From positions 372,001-436,000 of the forward strand of contig JBODTK010000140.1 of the NCBI GenBank assembly GCA_050613775.1: a DNA stretch of 64,000 nt, read 5' to 3'. Below, one piece after another: positions 52,224-64,000 of this stretch. This DNA comes from Neocallimastix sp. 'constans' (lineage: Eukaryota). Position 1 is the stretch's first letter. Each line of letters opens with the position of its first letter. A program made the position numbers and the translations under genes. The notes under the pieces are model-generated. The model worked only from the letters and a program-made list of their open reading frames with translations. It was not told where the DNA came from and did no database searches.

Positions 52224-52288
52224 CCCAAAAAAATCCAAGATTAACTATTTATTAAATGAAAGTTTATTAATAAAAAATAATAATAAAA

Positions 52289-52327
<39 letters not shown>

Positions 52328-53934
52328 AAAAAACATTCCTTGAATAAATAAAATAAATAAAAATTTAACAATTTTATTATTAAATACATATATACATTTT
52401 AATATTATGAATAGCTTTTTTTCTTTTTTTTTTTAATTTTATCTAAAAAGCTTCAATTAATTAAATATGATATATAAATATATAATAAATGCATGTCTAT
52501 AATTTATATATATAGAAATATACATATAATAACAAATTTTTATATATTCACTTATTTATTTTATTTTAAGCTATTATCATAATTAAAAATTTTATTATTT
52601 TTAGATTTTATGGAATAATGACAATTAATATTCCAAATAAAAAAAATTTATATATATTAATATTGAAATCATTTCCATAAAGAATTATTTATTTTTTTTT
52701 TTATCAAATATATATATATTAATTTTTTAATTTTTCTTATTTCAATATTTCTAAAATTTAAAAATAAGTCAAAAACAATAATAATGATATATATTTATAT
52801 ATATATATAAATATTTTTTTTTTTTTCAACTGAACTTTCATTATTGATTTATTATTGATAATAATCTTTTTTTTTTTTTTTAAATTTTTTCTTTAATATG
52901 ATGTTGTTATTAAAAATATCCATTTTATCCCTTCTCTTTTAATTTTTTAGATATTAATTAAAAATAAATGGTATTTTACATATTTATTTAGTAATAATAA
53001 TTAATAATTAAAATTATAAAAAAAAAATTAAATATTATTTAAATATCATAAATGATTAATAATTAATATTAATATTTTTTTCCTTTTTTTTTTTTTTTTT
53101 TTTTTTTTAGTTTTTTTCTTTTTCATATAAATAATTAAATGACTAATATCACTTTATTAAAATAATAATTATAATAATAGAAATAGAATATAATATTATA
53201 TAAAATGGAACTAATAATAATTAACATTGATACATATAAATTCATAATTAATAATTTACCATTAATATTTTATTTATATATAAAACACTAATTATAGATT
53301 ATATTATAAGGAAAAAAGTTTATATAAAAATATTAATCATTATAAAATATGAAAAGAACTACTATTAAATAATATTACTAAAAATAAAAAATAAAAATAA
53401 AATATATATGTAATATATATATATTATTAATTTAATATTAAAAACAATAATAGTAATAATAGAAATAAAATTTAATTAAAAACAGAAACTTTCAAATTTA
53501 TAAAAAGCCCACTTTTATTAAAAAAAAATATTTATTTATTTATTTATTTTATTTATTTATTTATATTATTTAAATTTTTATATATATTATTATTAATTTG
53601 TTTTTATTTATAATAATTAAATTTTAAAATTTTTTTTTAATATTCTTTAATTTTATTTTTTTATTATTTTTTTTTATTCGTACTATTAAATAAATGGTTG
53701 AATTCTACTAATAAAAAAAAAAATTAAAAATTAAAAATTATTATTACTTTTCTCATAAACTTTATTTATATTAAAAATAAAATTTGCATATTCAATGATC
53801 TGTTAAAAAATAAAAATATAAAAAAAAGTAAAAAAATAAAAATATAAAAAAAAAGTAAAATTTTTTATTTTTTTTTTTTTTATTTTAAATTAGTTACATC
53901 TATGGAAAAACAGTTTAATGAACATAAAACTTTA

Positions 53935-54255
53935 ATTTTATTTATTATTATTTATTATTTTATTATATTTTATTATTTATTTATTATTTATTTATTTATT
54001 ATTTATTTATTATTATTTATTTATTATTATTTATTTATTATTATTTATTTATTATTATTTATTTATTATTATTTAGTATTTATTTATTATTATTTATTAT
54101 TATTTATTAATTTATTATTATTTATTTATTATTTTTTATTTATTATTTATTATTTATTATTTATTATTTATTATTTATTATTATTTATTATTTATTATTT
54201 ATTGTTTATTATTTATTATTTATTATTTATTATTTATTATTTATTTGTTATTTAG
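53935..54255. repeat. Degenerate (TTA/TTTA)n low-complexity tract
   Basis: Direct reading of the sequence; it generates the spurious I/Y/L/F ORF 53902-54255. Confidence 0.85.
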
Positions 54256-54413
54256 TTAAGTAAATTAGTTATTTAATGTTTAATGTACAGTTTTAACTAT
54301 TCCAGTTATTATTAGTCATATTATTTTATTTATTATTATATTAATTACAGGAAAAAAAAAAAAATAAAGTTCAATTTTATACAGAAATTTTAATTGAATG
54401 ATCAAATTTAAAG

Positions 54414-54444
<31 letters not shown>

Positions 54445-54592
54445 GCAATATAAAAAGTAAATGATAATTAATAATATAAATTAAATATAACAAAAAAAAT
54501 AAGAAAATAAACAAATAAATATAAGTAAAAAAAAAAAAAAATTCAAATATCTACTTTAATCTATTACTATATAATATGATTAAATGTAAAAT

Positions 54593-54623
<31 letters not shown>

Positions 54624-54776
54624 TCAATATATCAATATCAAATCTTTATTATAGCCATTTCCATTACCATAATTATTCTCAAAATAAAAAAAGAAACTAC
54701 TAAAAAAAATCATATAATATTGAATTGTACCAATATAATAAAAATAATATTATAAATATAGAAATTTCAAATAATT

Positions 54777-54822
<46 letters not shown>

Positions 54823-55303
54823 ATATATTTGATAATTATTTCTTAAAAAAAAATAATAATAACAAATATTTAAAAAGATTTAAATGGGTCAAAAATATTC
54901 ATTAAATTACTGTATATCTGATATGATGGGAGAAAAAAATTTTTTTTTGAATTGAAATATAATAATATTTAACTATCCTTTAAGCCTCTTTTATTATTAG
55001 TAGTTATAATATTTAGTTTTTTTCTATTTTTAATTTATTATTTGTTTTTTTGTTTTTTTTTTTTTTTTCGTTTTTCTTTGATAAAAATTAAACATAAAAA
55101 AAAAAATAGTTAAACAACAAAAATAAAATAAAATAATAAAATAAAATAAAACAATAAAAATAAAAAAAATTTTATAATACAAATAATTATATATATAAAT
55201 TTACTTTGAAAGCAGTAGTGAGATGACGTAAAATTTAAGAATTAAAAAAATATTGATATTTCAACTATTATATTATAATAAATTTGAAGCAGAAACATAA
55301 AAT

Positions 55304-55334
<31 letters not shown>

Positions 55335-58300
55335 AATAAATATAGGTATATATAATAAAATAAAATAAAAAGAAAATAATTCTAGTCTTAAATCAAATAA
55401 AATATTTATAGTCTTAAATAAGATAATTAAACAATGACATGATAATATTGAAATATGAGATTAATAATCTATTAAATTATTAATAATAATTAAACATATT
55501 TATTAAAAAAAAAAAATCAATAATATTAATTAGCCTTATTTTAGATGTAAATGTAATTTTATTTAAATAAAATATTAAAATATTAATAAAATAAAATAAA
55601 ATAAAATTAAAATAAACTTTTATTTAATATTTAATAATATATATAGAAAATAAATATATAAATAGAATTTATTTCAATATATTAATGTTTAAAATTAACA
55701 TACATTAAAGAAAAAAATTGAAATATTAAATTACTATTATTAAAAATGTTAAATAATAATAAAGAATATGACTGTTGAATTAATTGATTATATATATAGT
55801 ATATAAAAAAAAATAACATATATTCTAAAAAAGAAAAAAGAAAAATTAAGATATTAAAATTCACAATCATCCTTATTGTAAAGGTACCCACTATTAAATC
55901 ACATCTATTATAAATTATAAACTATATATTAATATCAAACTATTAAAATTAAAAAAAAAAAAAAAGATATATATATATTTTTAAAAAAAAATTTCTCAAA
56001 AATAAAAAATAAAATAAAATAAAATAATTAAAAATATTAAATAATACTAGTAAAAATAAATATTTTTTTTAAAGCATATTCATTAAAATAAATAAAAATA
56101 AATTGCATAATAAAAGTTATAATAAGATATTAATTTGTTTCGTTTGATTTTTTTTTTCTTTTAATTTGGAATCACATTATTATTTAATTATATCAAAATA
56201 ATTAAATTTCAATGAAACTATCAAATAAATTTATCAATATATATCTATATATATAAATTATATATATTTTTAAAAATAAAAGATTTCATATCTTTCTATA
56301 AAACAATACAAAAATAAATAAATAAATAAATAAATAAATGATAAAAATCATCAATTTTAATTTTTATAATATCTTTTTAATAATTTCAATGACGTGATAA
56401 AAATAAATAAATAAATAAATAAACCAAAACAATAGTAACTTTTGAAAATAATAAATTTTAAAATAATTTTTTTTTTCTTTTTCTTATTCAAAAAATGGGT
56501 AATGTGTCCATTAGAAACTAAACTCTAAATTATTTGTTTTTTGTTTTTTGTCTTTCCACTATTATTTAAATATATATATATATACACAAATTTATTAAAA
56601 ATAAATAAGTTAACTATATTTATTATTAAAAATAGTAAACACAAGCCAAGAAAAAAATAAATATATTACTCTTTTTTTTTTTTTTTTCCTTTTTCCTTTT
56701 TATCTTACTTATAATTTAAATAATTATTATTTATTCTTTTTTTTTATTATTATCATTAATTATTGTTATTACACTAATAATTAAAATAATTATTTTATCC
56801 TTTTTATTATTTATTATTTTTTATTTTAGTTATCTTTACATTTAAAAAAAAAAATTAATTTCTTTTTCTTAAAAATTTATTTATTATGTATAATAAAGTG
56901 GTAATAAAATTATTGCTTAATATGATTTGATTTATTTTATTTTTTATTTATTTTATTTTTTATATGATATTACTTTTAATATATGATATTTTTAAATAAA
57001 TTTTATAATATTCAGAATTTTTTTATATCTAATAAAAGAAAAATTATTTAAAAAAAATTATTATATTCTTTATATATATATTATTAGTTTAGGAGCTTTT
57101 CAAAAAAAAAAAAAAAAATCATCAGTTTTTCATTTTTGAATCTTTTCAATTATAAATTTATTATATAATATTAACAAAAAAAATTTTTTTTTATTATTAC
57201 TATCAAATATTTTCGTTTTTCATTAATATAATATTTATCTCCACCTCCTTGTATAATATTTAATATTTAAAGAAAAAATAAATAATTTAAGATAAAACAA
57301 AATAATTTTATATATATAAATATATCAAAATACAAAAGAAACTCTAACTTAATATAAAATATAAAAAATAAAAAAAATAAAGTTTATTATAAATTTAACA
57401 TTGTATTGATTTAATTATCCATTTCATTCATTAAATTTTATTTCGAATTTATTGACTATAAATTTTTTTATCTTTTCCAATTTATTATATTATATTCTAA
57501 TATACCACATTATTCATTAACTTTAATTTTATTTATTAACCTTATTATTTTTTTAATTTATAGAATTATTAATTAAATTTTAAAATATAATAATAATATA
57601 ATATAAATAATATATATAATTATTTAATTTATTAATATAAATTATAAATTATAAATTAAAAAATATATATCATATAGATGTTTCTTTTTTTTTTTTTTGG
57701 TACAGCTCTAAAAAAAAAAAATTTTAATAAGATTATTTAATCTTTCAATATTCAATTGGATACATATTTATTATACATTTAAACTATATAATAATAATTA
57801 AAATTTAGTAACACTATTTTTATTTTTTTAAAAAAAAAAAATAAAATAAAATAAAATGTTATTGTTTCTAATAATTTTAACAATATTAAATGTTTCAGTC
57901 TTAATTAAAAAAAATAATAATAATAATAACTTTAATAAAATAAATATAAATATATTAAATCTTAATTTTTAAAATAAATTTTATTTAAATAGAATTTAAA
58001 TATTAAAAATTTATTGTATATATCCATAATCTTTTTTTTTTTTTTAAAATTAATGATTACTAAAAAAAATAAATTTATAAAATAATAATAATAATAATAA
58101 TAATATAATTAATTATTTTGAAAAAACAATAATTCAATTTATAAAATAATTACTTTAACATACCATTAAAGAAAATAAAGTAAATAAAGTAAATAAATGA
58201 TAATAAAAATAGTATTAAAATTAAAATGATACGGTATATAAAATATTATTTTATTTTTTATTTTATTTTTTTTATTATTATTTTAAATTTTTTTTCTAAG

Positions 58301-58970
58301 ATTTTAATATTAAATCCAGTAAAATTAAAAAAGAAAAAAGAAAAAAAGAAAACATAAACAAAAGAATTTTTGTATAATATTACATATTTAATATTATAAA
58401 TTTAATCTTTTTTTTTTCCAATATCTTCCCACTATTATAAATATACAATGAATGGATATTTATTGTATATTTATATAATAATAAATATCTAAATCTTAAT
58501 ATTTTTTTTTTTTATTATACTAATAATACGATTCCATTAAATTATTTTTTTTCTTTTTCAATCAAATTGTTTATTAATTTTAATTTGCATGAAAATAATA
58601 AGCTATTATTAACATAAACATATACAAAATTGTATCCATAATAAACAATAATTATAATAATAATAATTCAATACATATATCTAACTTTATTACTATTAAA
58701 ATTCTTTTCTATTAATGAACTTTACTAAGTTTAATAATTCGAAAATTTTGAAATAAAATTATATCATACAAAAGTTAAAAAATAAAAATAATAATAATAA
58801 TAATAATAATAAAAAATAAAAAATATAAGTAACAAAAAAAGTAAACATTTAATTGACAATTGTTATAAAATTGACTATAAATTTATAGATAGATAAATAT
58901 TTTTTTAATATAATTTTATTTTATTTTATTTTATTTTTTATTTAACACAAATTAATATTAATTAAAAAAT

Positions 58971-59957
58971 ATTATTGGTTTGAACTTAATAAATTACAAA
59001 AACGGAAATCAGTTAACTTTTAAAATAAAAGTAAAACAATGGAGTTTTAAATAAGAAAATAAATTATATATAAATTAGAGTATAAAAAAATTAATAAAAG
59101 AATAATTTTTTTTTCATATTATTATATATTTAATATAATTAATATAATCTTTTTTAATATCCATCCAATTTTATATATACACCAGTACATCCGTAATATA
59201 TTTAATAATTATTATTTATCTTTTAATTTTATATAAATACTTCTCAATTTATATATATATATTTTTATTAAATACTTTATTAAATTTAATTTATATAAAG
59301 ATAATTATTATTATTTATTTAACATATATGTAATTGTATCCATATTTAATAATGATATAATAATTAAATATATATAAATTTGATATTATTAAATATATAA
59401 ATTTAATATACTTAAACTTTATTAATAATTAAAAAAAAATGAAATGAAATTATGAATGCAAATATAAAAAAAAATATATACATATATATATAAAGAATAA
59501 TAATAATAATTAGTAATAAAATATTTTAAATTTCAAAAAAAAAATAACTTTTTATTATTAATCTATAAATATTAAAAATTTTAAACTAAAAAATAACAAA
59601 AAAAAAAAAATTAATAATTCAAATTTAATTAAATGTATATTATTAGTCATTATTTAAATATTTAATATTAATTATTTTATTATGAAAACCAAAATAGAAA
59701 AAAAATAAAAAAAAAAATTATTCTTTTTTTTTTTATTTGCTTTATTGTAGCAAATTATACAAAAAAATAATAATAATTTTATATATATAATAAATATATG
59801 TATATATATAGGGGTTATGGTTATAAAGATTTTTGTATTATCCACAAATTAATATTAAAAAAAAAATATTATTGGTTAGAGCTTAATATACCACAAAACG
59901 GAAATCAGTTAATTTTAAATAAGGAAAACAATGGAATTTTAAATAAGAAAATAAATA
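58971..59957 (+). repeat. Diverged ~90-bp direct repeat pair (58971-59064 and 59868-59957)
   Basis: attattggtt.ga.cttaata...aaaacggaaatcagttaa.ttt...aaaacaatgga.ttttaaataagaaaataaat occurs twice, ~900 bp apart. Confidence 0.8.
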
Positions 59958-60723
59958 TATACATATTTATATATAATAAAGATTATTTTTATATTTAAAA
60001 TTAATATTCTATATATTATATAATAAGTTGATCAACTAATTTTATTTAATTCCACAACTCTTGTGTACTTTGTTATCCATTTTAAAAAAAAAATAATAAT
60101 AATAAATAAATATGTATATATATATATACATATATGTATATAATATTATTTTACATAGATAAATTATTAATAATTAATAATTAAGAATTACATGTTATTA
60201 TATAATTAGTATTTATCTTCTATTGTTTCGTTTAATTAAAATATTTGAAATTAATAATAAATTTTAAGTAATTTTCTGTATTTTTTTTTTTTTATAATCT
60301 TGTTAAAAATTTAATACTAAAAGAAAATATATATATATATGAAATTATATATGAAATAATAATATTAATTATTATGAATACAATCACACAATCCATAATT
60401 ACAATAAAATATTATTTACTCTATAAAAGAAATAATAATATTTATCACATATACTAAAAAGGTAAATAAATAAATGTTAACGACAAAAATATGAAACAGT
60501 AATGATAAATGATAATAGCATTTATTTTATTATATTTAAAATTCCTTAAAAGATAATAAATATATACCACAAATACCAATAATAATATATAAAACAATAA
60601 TAATAGTAATAAAAATAAAAGATAATTTATTATATAATCTCTTATTTATAGTTTCCTATCAAAATTAAAAGAATTATTTTCTTTTTTTATTTTATGAAGA
60701 GTATTATTTTTTTTTTTTTTTGG

Positions 60724-60766
<43 letters not shown>

Positions 60767-62879
60767 TACCTCATATCATTTTATTACATTAAATAATAAT
60801 AAACTTTTATTTTTTTTTATTTATAATATTTATTTTTTATTTAAATTAAATTCCAAAAATATGAAAATATAATTAAAATAAAATTAATTAAATGATTGTT
60901 TAACCATACATCTTTAAGTAAATAAAAAAATTTTAAAACCAAATAAACGAATGGTTTGATAATATACAAAATAACCATTATAAGATAAAATATGAATATA
61001 TATGTATATGTATAAAATAAGGTTAAATTTTATTTATTTATTTCTAATAATGACTATAAATTTTATTATTTTATAGTTAATCTTAAACAATAGTAATAAT
61101 AATAATAATAAAATAAAAAAGAAAAATAAATTTAATAATATATTGACTTTTAAATATAACATATATATATAAAATTTAATATTATAATTTCTTTTTAAAA
61201 ATAATATTTTTATTTTCCATTTTATTTGTTCTAATCCTCCGATAAAAATTAAAATTTCCCTAATCCATAATATGAAATAATTATTATTAAGCTATTACAT
61301 ATTTTATTAGAATATTTTATTGTAGGATATAAATGAAATTAAAATACTTTTTTTTTTTTTCTTTAAATATGTTTAATTATTATTAGTTTTTAAGAAAAAT
61401 AAAATATTTATTTGATTTTTTTTTTAAAAAAATATAAAGAATATATAGAATTTATTATTATTATTACTTTTTTTTTTTTTTTTTTTGTAAAATCTTCATA
61501 TTTTTAATAATAATGATAATAGAATAGAACAATAATTAAACATTATTAAAAGTTTAATATGAATTTTGTTTATTAATATTTTATAAAGAAAAATAACAAT
61601 AATTATACAAAAACAAATAAATATATCAGATGTTAATTTGAACTATTAAAATTTTTAATAAAAAGAATTAGTTTTTATATACATTTTAAATAGTAAAACT
61701 TTAAATAAAAATATATAAAATAATATTATTATTATATTATTCATAATTTTACTCATTCTTAATATTTTTTATTAATATTATTATATTTAAATTTAATCTA
61801 TTGGACAATAATATTGTAAAATATGATTTTTATTTATTTATGTGTAATATTCTTTTTCATTATTAAAAAAAAAAAAAAGAATAAATTACGGGTCATTAGT
61901 TTTAATACTTATTGATAATAAGAAATTTTAATACTAATTTTAATAATTATGTTCATAATAATATTATCAAACTATATTATTAAATAATAAAATTTTCTTT
62001 TTCTTATTTCCTTTTCCTTTTCTTTTATTTAATTATAGGATAGGTTCTTTTAAAGAATTTTAATTATAAAAATGTATATAAAAATCTATATAAAAAAAAG
62101 TTTTGATAATAATAATTAAATTTCCAAAAAAAAAAAGAAAAATCAATTTAAAAAAAAATTAATAAAGTAATTAAATATAGAATAAAATTTAATTTAAAAT
62201 TTCCTAAATTATATCCATTATAGAAAAATAAAAAAAAAAAAAGTAATTTTTTTTAAGTCTATTTAATAATAATTAAAGTTTTAATTAGAGAAAATGAAAC
62301 AAAAACAAAAACAAAAACAAATAAAAAAAAAAAATGAAAATGAAAAAGATTAAGAAGAACAAATAGGAATTATCATTATTATTTTAAATTTGAATTAAAT
62401 GTGATTGATATTAATAAATAAAATTAAAAAACTTCATTTTATTTATTCATTCATTCATTCATTCATTGGTTTTGGCTTATTATTTATATAATGAAGTAAA
62501 ATATTAGAACAAACTGTAGGTTATTTGAGTTTGGACTTTATATTCTTTAATTAATGTATTAAATTATTTTAATAATAAATAATTAATACTTAAATAATAA
62601 ATATTAATATATAATTTAATATATACATAATAAATAAACAATTAATAATAATATATAATTTAATAAAAACATAATAAATAAATAATTAATAATATAATTT
62701 AATAAATAAATACTTAAATAAGTACATAAATAATAAATAATAATATATAATTTAATAAATAATAAATAATTTAATAAATAATAAATAATTTAATAAATAA
62801 TAATTTTAATTAATTTCATAATAATTATAATGGTAATAATGATATAATAAAATTATTTGTTATTACTTTAAAAATTTCT

Positions 62880-62912
<33 letters not shown>

Positions 62913-64000
62913 TTTGTAAAATAAAGAAAAGAAAGAAAGATCTGAAATGTTGAAAAATTTTTATTTGTTCTTCCTTAATATAATTTTTTTTATATGGTAT
63001 TATTAAAATAATTAAAAAAAAATTTTTTTTTTATCTTTTCTTGTTTCCATTTTTTTTAATTTTTTTTTTTTTTTTTTTTTTTTTTTTGCAATTATATTGA
63101 TAAAAATGATAAAAAATAAAGTTTGATCTTAATTAAATATTAAAAATTGAAAAATAGATATGCATTAATCTATCTATATATATATATATTTTTTTTTTTT
63201 TTAAAAAAAAAAAAAAGAATTAAATAATAATAATAAAAAATAATAATATTAAAAGAAAATAGAAAACGTCTTTTTTTTTTTTTTTTTTGTTCTATTTATT
63301 TTTTTCTTTTGTTATAATTAAAAATTTATTTTTTTAAATGTTCGTTCTTTTTAATTAATATGTATGTTAATATTGTATTGAAATTTTTAATTTTATAAAA
63401 TATATACATATATATATGTAGATATTAATGTCAATTAAATAAATTATTAATATGTAATTAATAATTTTTTTTAAATTAAAATATGATAATATATAATATT
63501 AATAGATTAAGAATATATTAAATTTATATATAAAGTCATAATGATTTATTTAATATTTATTTAATATTTGTAAAACTTTTTTTTTTTATGACAATAATAT
63601 TTTTAATTAATAATTTCTATCATTATTACTATTAAGAATGATAAAAATAATAAATAGCTTTCTTTTAATAATCATTAAGAAGTCTTGATGGATTTTCCAT
63701 CTCGCAAGAAAGTATGTAATATATAGAGTAGATTAAGCCTTCTTATATCTAACAAATAATTGATATTTTCACTATAAAACTAGATTACCACGTCAAAAAT
63801 TTCTAATGTTGTTTCAACTTTAACTGATATTGATATAGATTTCTAAATATATATATATATATATTTTTTTTTAATTTATACTTTTTAAAATAAAAAAATT
63901 TAATTATATTTTATAAAGTGATTTTATTTATTTATTGATATAAATATTGAAATTAGATATAATATTTTTATACTATGTTATTACAGAATTCATAATTTAT

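Noticed and set aside
47159..59998. Short I/F/Y/L-rich ORFs (47159, 47461, 47838, 50321, 53902, 55682, 59798)
   Set aside because: They arise from AT-rich low-complexity DNA and microsatellites and show no protein-like composition.
63678..63845. Possible terminal exons of a minus-strand gene beyond the window
   Set aside because: No consistent spliced reading frame or recognisable protein motif.

Overview
Very AT-rich, intron-containing eukaryotic DNA. It is most consistent with an anaerobic gut fungus (Neocallimastigomycota), inferred from composition, fungal-type genes and a targeted NuoE. Host genes are the 5' part of coatomer alpha (COP1, minus, runs off the window), NOP58 (minus), a 24-kDa NuoE/NDUFV2 subunit with an organellar presequence (plus), and a six-exon multi-pass membrane protein (UPF0658-like, plus). 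The rest is transposon-rich. A young Ty1/Copia element (7829-13814) sits 31 bp inside the 5' LTR of an older relative (7798-20573). There is a 5'-truncated LINE plus a stray copy of its 3' end, and a cluster of Mutator-like (MULE) elements, including an intact one with a 9-bp TSD nested in a dead one. The last ~17 kb has no recognisable gene. The most notable biology is in the two Copia elements. Both have a primer-binding site matching the anticodon arm of tRNA-Lys(CUU), i.e. half-tRNA priming, and both have non-CA LTR ends. They appear to express Pol by opposite recoding: a Ty1-like +1 site (CCG-AGG-C) in the inner element, and a -1 site (G-GAU-UUU, 7-nt spacer, 10-bp stem) in the outer element. 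All coordinates were read by eye and no database searches were run.
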